Positions 25,071 through 40,505 are shown, counted from the stretch's first letter. The stretch is DNA of 64,000 nucleotides from Oikopleura dioica (GCA_907165135.1 OU015568.1:14570001-14634000), one strand, 5' to 3'. The notes: generated by a model from the letters alone, not told the origin. Translations and numbers: made by a program.

Positions 25071-28000
25071 ATGAGTTTGACGCTAATTCGCTGCAGTAGG
25101 CGATTAATTGTTTCCCGTGGGATGAAAATATACACAAAAACCGGTGACAAAGGTTTGTGACAGCTTCGAGATTTGAATTGCTTTCTAAGCGAATTTTTCA
25201 AGGAACGACATCTTTGTACACTGGTGAAAGACGCCCTAAGGAACAGTTCTCAAATCGGCCTCCCCGGGCTGGTTTCGGCAACCTGCGTGGAAACCTGAGT
25301 CAGGATATTAAATTTGTCTTTTTATCAAAGATCCTTCGGGACCCTCACTCAGATTTCTGCAGGTTGTCGAGCCCAGTCAGGGGCGGGGACGCTCGTCTAA
25401 ATTACCAAAGATTTTTGGTAATGCATTACCAAAAATTGGTAATCCATTACCAAACTTTTTTCATAAGTTCTGATTTTTTGTCCAAAAAATGAGTAAATCA
25501 CTCCCAAACGTTTTCTATCACACAGGCGCGGAGCGCACAAGGGCTCTTTGACTAAACAAAATTGGCACTTTTCGGGAAGTTTGGTAATGCATTACCAAAA
25601 ATTGGTAATGGATTACCAAAATTGGTAATGCATTACCAATTGGTAATTTAGACGAGCGTTTCCCGTCAGGGGAGTGCATCTAGTATTTTGAATTATATAC
25701 TTTTATCCCTTTTTAAAACTGCAGAACAGACGGATCTCGTCTTTGACGCCTTGGGAGCGACAGATGAGCTTTCGGCTGCACTTGGAGTCGCTCGGGAATT
25801 CGCGTACGATCGCCAAATGCAAAATGTTATTACAATAGGTAAAGCCACAATAATCCTCGCTTGATACTGGTTATTACCTGATTAAAGTTGCTCATTTATT
25901 ATTTTTCAGTTGGCGACCTTCAAAGTCGGCTTCAAGAAGTTGGATCGGCCATTGCGACGCCTATTTCGTCAGGTTTGTATTGGACTCGCCTTGACCTGGC
26001 TTTAATTTTTGGATGATCAAATCCAAATCGAGCTGAACCCTTTTCTTAGCCTCGGAAATGAAGCTCAAGCGCGTGAGCTTCGACGAATCAGGAACGGCTC
26101 AATCAGATTTGATACTGAACATCCAGCGGAGTAGGATCAGAGAATAAGCCCGGGAAAAGAAGTAAAGAAGCTTGAAGATCTAATCGACGAACTTGACGCC
26201 CAACTGCCACAGCTTACGACTTTTATTCTTCCCGGAGGAGGAATGCGGCTTTTGAATCAAACCCGATTTTTAAAAGATTTAGGAGAGAGCGTGAATTTTT
26301 CATGTTTCAGTTTTTAAAGGCAATAGGTACTAGCTACTTCATGGATGATTCAAACGCCGTGTCAGGAAAGTGCGCTGCGCATTTGCACATGGCAAGAACT
26401 ATCTGTCGAAGGGCTGAAAGAATGTCTCTGCCGTTGGCAGATAGTGGCGAGTTGGATAGGTACCTGGGTTTCAGAAAAAACGGCACTATGTTTAAGTGAG
26501 CTCCTAAAATGAAGATTTTCTTCTATGTATTCAGTGAAATCAAAGAGGAAATCTTTTTAAATTTTGATCCAAGTTTGACTAATTAAATTTCAAAATTGAA
26601 CGTAACCGGTAACCACTGAAGTTTTATCGGCAATGGCAAAAAATTTGGTAATTGAATTTTTAAAGAACCTCTTCGAAATTGACTCTTTTTTTGTGATGTC
26701 ACATGTCGAGGTGCGGCTTATACATTTTCTCTGCTGCTCGGCGGCTCTTGAATATTCATAGCGTTATTACTCGGCATCTAATAATTCAGCAAGCTTGAAT
26801 TCTTCGACGCTTATTGGATAATCATGCATTTGCAGGCATCGAGCAGAAAAGGATTTTTGACAAAAACTAATTAATTATTAACGTTCTAATGCATTTCACC
26901 GAGCTACAGCTATCTGCATTCTACCAGCAGAGCTCGCGAGTTACAAAACACCTTTTGTCTGCCAAGAAATATCGCTAAAATGTCCGCCGCCACACAAGGT
27001 CAGTTGAAGGAATCGAATTGATTTTTGCCAATTTACTATTTTTCACTTCATTTTTTTTCTTTTTCAAACATGCCAAAACCAGAGATGATCAGAAGATTCT
27101 CTAAGGGCATCATCAAAATATTTTCGCCAACAAACTCCCTTGGTAAATAAAAACTCATCTTATTTTTATTTTCCTAATAGGAAAATTTGTCGTTAAAACT
27201 TATAGATAGCAATAAAGTAGGATTATTTCCTATTCAAGATTCACTTTTTACGAAAAATCTGAGAGAAAACTTTGAAAATTTTCATATTCTTCTTGATGAT
27301 TTTATTCACGAAGATGCATTTTAAGAGAGGTATGAGACTTCTATGAATTGTATTTTTGCGGAGCCACAAAAGATAGTCAATCTGCCTGCTTTTATATACA
27401 CCTTTTGGACCCCGACAAGTTGAACTTGTCAAGTTGGGCGACCATTAGAGGATTTATTTACGACTATTGTGCATCCATGTTTATATTTCCTATATAACTG
27501 CATTCAGCCGCTTTTTGCCATCTAGCGAGCCGGCAACTTAGCCTCCAATAGTCACTTTTAGGAATCGCTTTTTCAGTCATCTACTTTTTATTTTTTCTTG
27601 AAAGAGGGAAAGTTGAAAGATGTTTTTTTCAGCGGCCAGTTTAGGTTAGTTTTTAATTATTTATATACTTGTCACTTGATGGAGGCTTTTGGTCACTATT
27701 GGAAGTGAACTTAGTGTAGGCCAAGTGTCATTTTGTCAATATTTGATGAGATTGGTGAGTTTGTTCCTTGCATTTGCATTAAGCAAAAGCATATGTTTGC
27801 TGGGTATAATCTGGGGCGTTAATGTTTGTTTGAAATGAAAAAATGGGTGTATTTGAATATCTACTTTCCGGAGCGTTATTCCCGCTTTTTTATAATTTTA
27901 ATTATTCGAACTTCCCTGATTTACTGGCAAAAATCGTCATTAAACTTGGCAGGGTCTATAGCTCCTATATTAATAATGGTATGCTATCGTAAATATTGAC

Positions 28001-31000
28001 AGATCGGATTCCTATCCGGATTTTTATCTCTTCTCTAATTCATCATTTCGGCTCTTATATTCCAATTTTTTGAGAAAGAAAACGTACTGAGTTCCCAAAA
28101 TGGGACTCTGTGGCTGTTGCTCCAGTCGAAAAATCCATGGTATGAACTTTTTCTCATAGTTTTTTAGCAACTGAGAAAAGCATTATTAATTCGGGGAGTG
28201 AAAGAAGATTTTGGCATTTTTTCCACTCGAGGACTGATCAATCAATTATCGAATGATTTAGTCCAGGTTCTTTTATTGATAGCAAATAGCAGAATTAATT
28301 TGTAACTGGCTGAAAAGTCTCGCTCAGACTGTAAAAAGGATGGATGAGATTGATTTGAGATGAGATTTTTGTACAGGATGATTCAGTGTTTCCGGGCGAA
28401 AGGTACTGTAATTACTACTTTAAAAACGCTTGTTTAAAAAGAGTCAGAGAAAGTTTTTGATCAGCTGTCATTTTTGCTTCCTTTCGAAAGTATTCATAAA
28501 AGAACGAGAGACGGGGTCACTATGCGGTAATAATTCAAAACGTCACGGGCGGGAAAAGGCGCTTGATCTCACCTGCTCATTAGTTAAATTTATTAGACAT
28601 GTTGGTGCAAACGCTTTAATCAAGCTTTTCCTTCGGATTACTCTCTTTTTCGGCTCTGCATAGAGACTTGAGAGGATTAGACGAAAACTAATTTTCGCCA
28701 GAGATAGCTTCTCAGATCAACGAGGATAGCGAGAGATCTAAAGCTGTCTGCGAGATTTTTTTTAATTTAAAAATTTTAAGAGAAGGGTAAAGCAATATAA
28801 AGGGGCCTCAAGCCTTAGATGATTTAATAGATATTCATTAGATAGTATTTAAAAGGGCTTCTTCCTTCGTTCTCTCACTTCCCAAAAGAAGTGCATTGTA
28901 GCCGAAGTATGAACCAGGGGAGATCCGCAGGAAGTTCCAGGATGAACGAGACCCCCTGTATATATCGGGATCCCCACAAAATTCAGAGCATTTTTATAGT
29001 TTTCTGAGTTTTCTGAAACCCGTTGAATAGAAACGTATGCCGCTATCTTAATCGCCTGTCAGATTTATTGTTCCAGCTCGCCCGTAGCGCCCAACCAGGG
29101 ATGTACATTCGCAGCGCAAAATCCGCAAAACAGCGCAAAATGCGGGATTTTTCATTCTGCAGCGCAAAACAGCGCAAAATCAGCCCCAAAAATTTCCGCA
29201 ATTTTTCCGCAAAATTGCGCGCAAAAGCGCATTTTGCGCGAAAATTGCACAAAATCTCAATAAATTTGCAGTCCGCAAAATGCAATTTTGCGGGATTTTG
29301 CGTAGAATTTCTACATTTTTTTGATGTTCATTGTGAAGATTTCCGAATCAAATCCTCATTCATCATCGCATTCACAACTTCGGCGGTAATTTGCGGAAGA
29401 AAAACTAAATAATCATCCGACATAAAACCGTCCGATATCGTAGTTAACCAACCGGTCATTTTTCGGGCCGTTTCAGCCCCGTTCCTTGATTTCTAAATTT
29501 AAGGGGCTTGACGGCCCTTCGGGCCGTTTCAGCCCCGTTCCTTGATTTCTAAATTTAAGGGGCTTGACGGCCCTTCGGGCCGTTTCAGCCCCGTTCCTTG
29601 ATTTCTAAATTTAAGGGGCTTGACGGCCCTTCGGGCCGTTTCAGCCCCGTTCCTTGATTTCTAAATTTAAGGGCTTGACGGCCCTTCGGGCCGTTTCAGC
29701 CCCGTTCCTTGATTTCTAAATTTAAGGGGCTTGACGGCCCTTCGGGCCGTTTCAGCCCCGTTCCTTGATTTCTAAATTTAAGGGGCTTGACGGCCCTTCG
29801 GGCCGTATCAGCCCCGTTCCTTGATTTCTAAATTTAAGGGGCTTGACGGCCCTTCGGGCCGTTTCAGCCCCGTTCCTTGATTTCTAAATTTAAGGGGCTT
29901 GACGGCCCTTCGGGCCGTTTCAGCCCCGTTCCTTGATTTCTAAATTTAAGGGCTTGACGGCCCTTCGGGCCGTTTCAGCCCCGTTCCTTGATTTCTAAAT
30001 TTAAGGGGCTTGACGGCCCTTCGGGCCGTTTCAGCCCCGTTCCTTGATTTCTAAATTTAAGGGGCTTGACGGCCCTTCGGGCCGTTTCAGCCCCGTTCCT
30101 TGATTTCTAAATTTAAGGGGCTTGACGGCCCTTCGGGCCGTTTCAGCCCCGTTCCTTGATTTCTAAATTTAAGGGGCTTGACGGCCCTTCGGGCCGTTTC
30201 AGCCCCGTTCCTTGATTTCTAAATTTAAGGGGCTTGACGGCCCTTCGGGCCGTTTCAGCCCCGTTCCTTGATTTCTAAATTTAAGGGGCTTGACGGCCCT
30301 TCGGGCCGTTTCAGCCCCGTTCCTTGATTTCTAAATTTAAGGGGCTTGACGGCCCTTCGGGCCGTTTCAGCCCCGTTCCTTGATTTCTAAATTTAAGGGG
30401 CTTGACGGCCCTTCGGGCCGTTTCAGCCCCGTTCCTTGATTTCTAAATTTAAGGGGCTTGACGGCCCTTCGGGCCGTTTCAGCCCCGTTCCTTGATTTCT
30501 AAATTTAAGGGGCTTGACGGCCCTTCGGGCCGTTTCAGCCCCGTTCCTTGATTTCTAAATTTAAGGGGCTTGACGGCCCTTCGGGCCGTTTCAGCCCCGT
30601 TCCTTGATTTCTAAATTTAAGGGCTTGACGGCCCTTCGGGCCGTTTCAGCCCCGTTCCTTGATTTCTAAATTTAAGGGGCTTGACGGCCCTTCGGGCCGT
30701 TTCAGCCCCGTTCCTTGATTTCTAAATTTAAGGGGCTTGACGGCCCTTCGGGCCGTTTCAGCCCCGTTCCTTGATTTCTAAATTTAAGGGGCTTGACGGC
30801 CCTTCGGGCCGTTTCAGCCCCGTTCCTTGATTTCTAAATTTAAGGGGCTTGACGGCCCTTCGGGCCGTTTCAGCCCCGTTCCTTGATTTCTAAATTTAAG
30901 GGGCTTGACAAAGGCTTGGAACTCTGAGTTGATAAATCTCAGTTCTGTCCCCAACCCCACCCACACCCATCATTTAAAAAATCTATATTATCATTGTTTT

Positions 31001-31479
31001 TTGCTTAATTATGGTTATTTTTGAAAACCTTGAAAATAACTTATTATAACTTCGGAATAATGTCCCCAAAATTTTATCTCTCCATTTTAAGTAGAAATAA
31101 ATGGGGCCAAAAATACCACAAAATTCGCAGATTTTCGCAAAATGCGCGAAAATCCCGCAAAATATGCAAATTTTCGCAAAATCCGCGAAAATCCCGCAAA
31201 ATCGCAAAATTACGCAAATTGCGTGTCATCTGCGCAATCCGCAATTCCGCAAAAGCGCGAAATCCGCAAAATTTTCGCAAAATCAACAAATTTTGATTTT
31301 CCGCAAAACAGCGCAAAATTCCGCAAATTGCGCGATTTTTGGATTTCGCAGCGCAAAACAGCGCAAAATGGACCCCAAAAATTTCCGCAATCGCAGCGCA
31401 GCGCAAAGCAAAAATTTGTGCGAATGTACATCCCTGCGCCCAACAACAAGAAGGCAAAACCGATCAGTTCAAATCGTGA
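25071..31479 (+). CDS. MMAB: Cob(I)alamin adenosyltransferase (cblB type); last exon interrupted by a transposon
   Basis: MSLTLIRCSRRLIVSRG (mitochondrial-presequence-like) then MKIYTKTGDKG|TTSLYTGERRPK|TDLVFDALGATDELS, LQEVGSAIATP, FILPGG, HMARTICRRAER and NVCRYLNRLSDLLFQLAR. The empty-site C-terminus SAQQQEGKTDQFKS* ends at 31479. Confidence 0.92.
25262..25383. mobile_element. Older degenerate inverted-repeat element in an MMAB intron; host of a nested insertion
   Basis: CCCCGGGCTGGTTTCGGCAACCTGCGTGGAAACCTGAGT pairs imperfectly with ACTCAGATTTCTGCAGGTTGTCGAGCCCAGTCAGGGG. Confidence 0.55.
25384..25664. mobile_element. 281-bp MITE with 8-bp TSD and palindromic subterminal repeats
   Basis: TSD GTCAGGGG at 25376-25383 and 25665-25672. 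TIR core ACGCTCGTCTAAATTACCAA / TTGGTAATTTAGACGAGCGT. Several copies of the palindrome TTGGTAATGCATTACCAA and variants. Confidence 0.8.
29096..31436. mobile_element. Non-autonomous hAT-type DNA transposon (2341 bp) inserted in the last coding exon of MMAB
   Basis: 18-bp perfect TIR CAGGGATGTACATTCGCA / TGCGAATGTACATCCCTG. 8-bp TSD CGCCCAAC at 29088-29095 and 31437-31444. CGCAAAA-rich subterminal arrays at both ends; no transposase ORF. Confidence 0.93.
29462..30909. repeat. 56-bp tandem minisatellite, about 26 near-identical copies, inside the hAT element
   Basis: Unit TTCGGGCCGTTTCAGCCCCGTTCCTTGATTTCTAAATTTAAGGGGCTTGACGGCCC starts at 29462, 29518, 29574 and so on. A few units have GGG instead of GGGG; one T>A variant near 29806. 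There are no variable spacers, so this is not CRISPR. Confidence 0.97.
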
Positions 31480-32098
31480 ATCTTTACCTAAAATTATCCA
31501 ACAGTTCATTCTTGACATCCCAATGGTTCTGACAAACTTGTCGAAATACGGTTATTAAACTTTCAAGCTTTCACTTACCGCTTGATTTACTGACCATAGT
31601 GCTTACGTAGAGAGGCATGTAATCGCCGAATATACAGTGTCGTCAGCTTTTTCTGACGTAGAATCTATAATGCGCCACTTAGCTGTTTCTACAATTCGAT
31701 TGTCTTCGCCATTAAGAATTCTATAATTACATTACTTCTTTGAAACCAAATGAATTTTACCCCTTGTTTAAAAATGAGAGGAATAAATTTTTACGGGGCC
31801 CTTGAAATTATTTCATAATGTACATTTTTCTAGTGACACCCTTATACTAGTAAGATTAAACTAAGGGAGACTTCGAACCATTTTCAAGTTCTTCTCAATT
31901 CTTAGAATCAATTTTTATCGAAAATGGTAGATGCGTAAAAAATGAAGAGTTAGTTGACTTTGTCATAAAATCATTCTCTTGCAGAAGTGAGTTAGCCTCT
32001 TCTTTTCATTTGTTGAAGAAGAAGCAAAGGTCAGGTGGAAAGGGCGAGACTAATCCGGAGCGTGTTTAGATGGAGTAAGTGATCCAAGCGACTCTAAC

Positions 32099-35452
<3,354 letters not shown>

Positions 35453-36180
35453 TCATTTAGTTTTTTCAATTTTTCCATAATTGATTCACTTTTAATTTGA
35501 TTCCAAATCCCAAATGCACTCAACGACGAAGAAAACACAGTGTGAACACAACAAGAAACGCGATCCGCAAGAAATTATCAAAAACAAAGATGATCCGCAC
35601 TCATTGCTTAATTAAGGCAAATTAACCATGATTGACCTCCTATGTGCATAACGATATTCGTGTGTTATTCCTGAAAGCACAACTTTGCATTTCCTGATTT
35701 TATTCTTTCATTTTCATTATATAATTTAAATTATGCAATTTCAGTATTTTTGTTTTGCTGTATATTCTCATCTATGATTTCTCCTTCCCTCATTAATGTT
35801 CCCTTATAAATTTTCATATATTTAAACTGGGAATGAGTAACTAAAGCAAAACGCCTGTATATGAGCACAAGATGAACCCCTTTTTATACGAAAAACTTTC
35901 CGGATACGACCTTAATTTTGATAATTATTAATTATTGCAAGAGTCATCAAAGTTCAATTCAACCCCTATCACTCAAAAACAAAGACCAAACTCGCTACTC
36001 TTATCCAGTCAAAATACGAATCTTCAAACAAACAAAAACACTACTGATCTTTACCACTCTAACTCTAAATCTCAGCTCCTTAAACGTTCATTGTACTGTA
36101 CTATTTTGTTGTCCGAGTCATTCCTTCAATTTTATTACTTTTCATTCTCATGCAGCGCTTTCTCCTGAAGCCAATAAAAT

Positions 36181-39100
36181 TTACAAAAATTCACGTTTCT
36201 TTTTCACTTGTTTCGTTTTTCGGCGAGGGATCAATGATTTCGCCGTCGATTTTTCGTTGTTGGGTAAAGTTGGTAATTGGGTAGTGAGGGTCAACGGTGA
36301 TATTGAGGTAGAAAGTGTTGAATTGTTTTGAGAGAACTTTGTATGTTAAGTCCTTAATTGTAAAGTTAGGTTTCTAGTCTACTCCTGGTACTTACAGAGA
36401 GTCCATCATGATGTTGACGTTTTCCAGCATACTGTAGTAATGAATTTCTCAGAGGATTTTTCTCATTGCCTTCGTCCTCTCCATGCTTGATCATTCTATA
36501 TTTTGAGATTTCATCAAACGGTCTGATGATAGTATATCCTTCCCCTTTCAGCCTAACTTGCAAGTCGTCGTCTTCTCCTCCCCAACCCCAGTATTCGTTG
36601 CTGTATCCGTTTAGTTTTTCGAATGTTTCTTTTGTAAAACTCACTAAAAGTAAGATTCCGCTTTTGTAAAGATTTTAACGAGGTACCTATTCCTCCAAAG
36701 ACATTTTGATAGAGCGGCTTGTAGTTCCAAATGTCAATGTGCGCGGCGTAGTGGCGAGGATAGCGGGAGCAGAGATAGAGATTCCGATCGTCTTCCATCA
36801 CGAGATCGACGTCGTGGAAAAAGAAGCAATCAAAGCCGTCGTTGACTGCTTCTTTGAAACCGATATTGAGGAGTTTTCCCCGATTGAAGGGTCGAAATCT
36901 TCCACCTTATTCTGGGTGATCTTTTCTGCGTATAAAAATGTTTTTCATAAAAGAGCACCGTTCCTTGATTAATGATATAAAATCGAAAATGAATATTCTG
37001 CCGTATAAGCGCTGGTATCATATAAAGAAGGAGCCATTTTAAATGTTTCGTCCTTTCGTTCGTTTTCGAGTTATCTCTGAATGGGACAGGGCGGTCTAAT
37101 TTGCATTCTTGTAAATAATCTCGAAAATTTGCGAGATTAATCTTCTTTGGAAAAAGATTCTGAGATTAGTCAAGACTGGACTAGTTTCGAGATTAATCTT
37201 TTTAGCGAGGGTCGCGTGGCTCGGGGGAAAAATTTGGGTGGCGCTGGCGAGCTGTGAGCAGTGCGAGGCGGCGCGGACAAAATTTCAAGCTGCGCTACAA
37301 GCATGTTTGAGTTTCATTTTTCTCTCGCGCCGTCGGCCATTGGTCCACCAATCACAGCGCGCGTTTCAAGATTATTTGAAATAATCTCGATACTATTTCG
37401 AAAATTTCCCGAATTAATCTTTTTTATTCAAACAGACTAATCTCGCGTCGAGATTAATCTTATAAGAATAAATGAATAGTCTTCGGAAAAAAGACTATTT
37501 ACAAGAATGCAAATTAGACCGCCCTGGAATGGGATGATAATGGCCACATGCTTGTTTTTTGGGACCAAACATCGTTCTTTCGGAAAATAGCTCGAACTGA
37601 TGAATTTTGAAGAATATTCGTTCGTGAAGTTTTTGAAGCTTTCTTCCAGCAAATATGTCGGAAATTGCACATCGAAGCGACCTTTTTTCAAGTCATAAAA
37701 TTTTCAGATTGGGATGGGAGTCGAAGGACTCTTGTGGTATGTGAAGCAAAATGCGGAGGAATTTTGCACGCGCGCTCGTCTGAACAATTATTTACCGAGC
37801 AAAAGAGGGCCGGACGGAAAAGTGAGAGTCGTTGTTGATGGCAACAATTTTGCGTATGAGGTTTTGCGGCAATCCAGAGCTCCAGGTACCGCTTGGGCTT
37901 TTGTTATTTAAAATCAATTTGAATAAGCCTGCTTTGGAAGTGAACCGGCTGTTTATGAACACATAATTCATCACAGATTCCTCAAATATCACCTAAAATG
38001 TTGCGACGAGATCATTTTCGTGATGGGCTATTCGAGTGCTCCAGGTAGCGATTGCTGGACAAAGAAAAGGGCGAATGAGCACGAAAGCGCTATGAAATTT
38101 TTCGAACGACTTCGTAATGGAGAACTTCCTCATAGTCAGGGAAATATTGGAAATGATGGTCACAGGAGATACGATAACTTGAAGGTGTCCCCGCCGTGGA
38201 TTGTTCATCAAATCATGGAAATAGTTGAGAAGGACCCAAGAGTGCAGGTTTATCAAGCTGAGTGTGACAAAGACTTTGCGATCATGGATTTGGCAGTGGA
38301 TCTTGGGTGTCCGATTATGAGCAATGACTCGGATTTTCTACTTTTTGCGGCGCAGGAAATGGTTTTTTTCGCAACTAAAGCAAATAAAATTTCCGATTTC
38401 TCGCTTCTGATTGGCAATTAGCGCCCTATCATAGGGCCCCTATGAGAATTTTAAAAACCTTATCAGCCCGTTATCAAAATGGGCGATTGGCGAGGAGCAG
38501 CTGACATTATCAGCGATTATTGGTACAGTTCACAAGATGTCAAGCTTCAGTTCTATCACCTGCCTCTTGTATCGGTTCTTTGCTTCAACAGAGAATGTGA
38601 AATCACAGAAGAAGAGCTTAGACCCTTCTGGTACGCGTTGATCGGAAAAGCGGAATTTGAGCATTCGAAGAAACCGAATGTAATTCCCGAGGTGATCAGA
38701 TGGATTGTCCAGACTTTTGAAGAAGAAGGAAAGTTAAAAAAATATTTTAATAATCTTTGTAAACAAAAGATTTTTCAACTAAAACAGATTTTATGAGCTC
38801 GATCGAAGAAATCTGTGAAATACTCGACGAAATGGCGCTGATGTCAGATGAGTTGAAAAACCACGATGGAGCGTATTTTGGAGCGAATAAAGGCCGGGAA
38901 TCAAGGAAGAGAAGACTCGTCAGAAGCCTCCAGCGATTCATGGTTACCGGAAAGACCTATCCTTGGGAAAACGATGAGTATTTCAAATTGATGCAAAAAA
39001 GCACGCGTGTCGTCACTGATGGCCATCCACTTCTGCGCGCTGCGAGAGATACAGAAGCTTTTTCGATACTGCCGAGTAAGGTGAAAGAAGTTCTGTCTGC

Positions 39101-40505
39101 GAATCGACAAAAAATGCTCTGCTCCTCACTGCCTGCTCCAATTTTTACAGAGCCGATCTTCCAACTCTACAATTCTTGCCATCCTGCTACTGCCGATGAT
39201 TACGATGCGCATAAAACAACAATGAATTATCATTACGAACGGGAGGATCTTCCTGTAGTCTCGAACCTGCTTCTGAGCTATCTACGCAGGGAACTCGTGA
39301 TCCTCGGTCTCGATGATGCTAAATATGCTCGATTCAAGCCAAAAATGCCCGTAGAATCAAGTTACGCAAAAGACGAAGAGTTCAATTTTCTCAATGGAGA
39401 AAAAGTCCCTACTCTTGACGTTCTCTTCAAAGCTTCAAGAGATCAAAAAGTTCGAGCATTTCTGGCCCTTTTTGACTCCGAGATACTAACCTACATCAAC
39501 AAGGATTTCGACAAAATGCCTCCTTTCTGGGGCGTGTTTTTGGCCAGCCTGCGCTATCTCTGGGTCAATGCAGGTCTCAAGGAATGGGAACTGAATGCTT
39601 TCGTAGCGCAGTTTGCTCTTTGCGGACTTTTCACGGCGGCGGACAAGAATTTTTATCGGCTAAAGTGGCTTTTTGTCGGAGGGGATGGAGACTACCAATT
39701 CGACCTTCCTGCGTGCGAGCGAAGCATTACCCTTGCTAACCAGTTTGTTGCGGTGTATTATGCAGTCATGCGAGCTCAGGCAATAACAGGCACTCCTTTC
39801 TATTCTACGACCGAAGTGAAGCCGAATTTATTGGACATTTTTTCCGGTTCTCTTTTTGCCCTCCTCTACAACATGTTCAAGGAAGATCCTCGAATCTCTG
39901 AAGACAAAATGAATCTGCTAAAAAGAATCACTGATGATCAATGGTTTGGAATGCAAGACGAAGAAAATGCAGGCTCAGACCAAGTTTTCGAATGCTACAA
40001 AAATGCTGTTGAAAATTATTTCAACGTTATCGACTTTTATATTTCCCCAATGCGAAATTTCGACCACCGGGTTGCCAAAAAAGGGCTTCAGATGGCGCTG
40101 GAGGAAAATGCTTTTTGATTGATTTCAAGCCAAGGTATAAAAATCACTGGTAGGGTTAGGCTTCAAAAATTAAAATTATTAAATGATTTAGCTAAAACAC
40201 ACGACCCTCAAAGTTTCTTTTCTGACTTTTTCCTTGAAGATCTCTCGGCGCACAAAAACAAGTCGTGGCATTGGATAAAAACGGCTAACGGAAGATTGAA
40301 AATTTAAAACTATTGAAACTTCTGTACATAATTCAAAATCTTCAACCCTATCATCACAGCCAGGCTTCACATGATTCCCATCTCTCTCATAAATCTTCAT
40401 CAACTCGACGTAGCTCTTACTGTAAGAGAAAATGTACAGCAGACAGATACTTGTTGATGCCACCGATAAAATAAAAAAATTTTGGAAAAACTTTGGCGAC
40501 TTCAT
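36181..40505 (-). CDS. B4GALT: Beta-1,4-galactosyltransferase family (GT7) type II membrane protein; exon interrupted by a hAT MITE; first exon (40505-~40325) tentative
   Basis: KHVAIIIPF(R)D, FYIINQ|GGRFRPFNRGKLLNIGF, FHDVDL, FGG, NGYSNEYWGWGGEDDDL, YRMIKH, DGLS|DLTYKV; stop at 36183-36181. The exon beginning near 37685 has no ATG. ORF 40505 (MKSPKFFQNFFILSVASTSICLLYIF) would supply the missing signal-anchor. Confidence 0.85.
37087..37526. mobile_element. 440-bp hAT-type MITE inserted in the B4GALT coding exon
   Basis: ~31-bp TIR CAGGGCGGTCTAATTTGCATTCTTGTAAATA at both ends. 8-bp TSD GAATGGGA at 37079-37086 and 37527-37534. Multiple AGATTAATCT subterminal palindromes. Confidence 0.95.
37714..40118 (+). 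CDS. ASTE1: Asteroid/ASTE1-like XPG-type PIN-domain protein (multi-exon)
   Basis: MGVEGL, VVVDGNN, QAECDKDFAIMDLAVDLGCPIMSNDSDFLLF and LPLVSVLC resemble the ASTE1/FAM120 PIN domain. Long C-terminal exon 38793-40118. FAM120 is not excluded. Confidence 0.7.

Noticed and set aside
26005-26135. Partial complementarity between the two introns flanking a short MMAB exon
   Set aside because: Only short interrupted matches (5+8+4 nt), too weak to claim a functional pairing.
26630-27000. Coding-like fragments inside the large MMAB intron
   Set aside because: Only short open stretches with stops; no consistent spliced model or family match.
29462-30909. CRISPR-like regular repeat array
   Set aside because: Units are contiguous and identical with no unique spacers, there are no cas genes, and the context is eukaryotic.
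30983-31558. Several overlapping K/R/N-rich ORFs (also 29043-29285)
   Set aside because: They arise from the CGCAAAA subterminal repeats of the hAT element and contain no transposase motifs.
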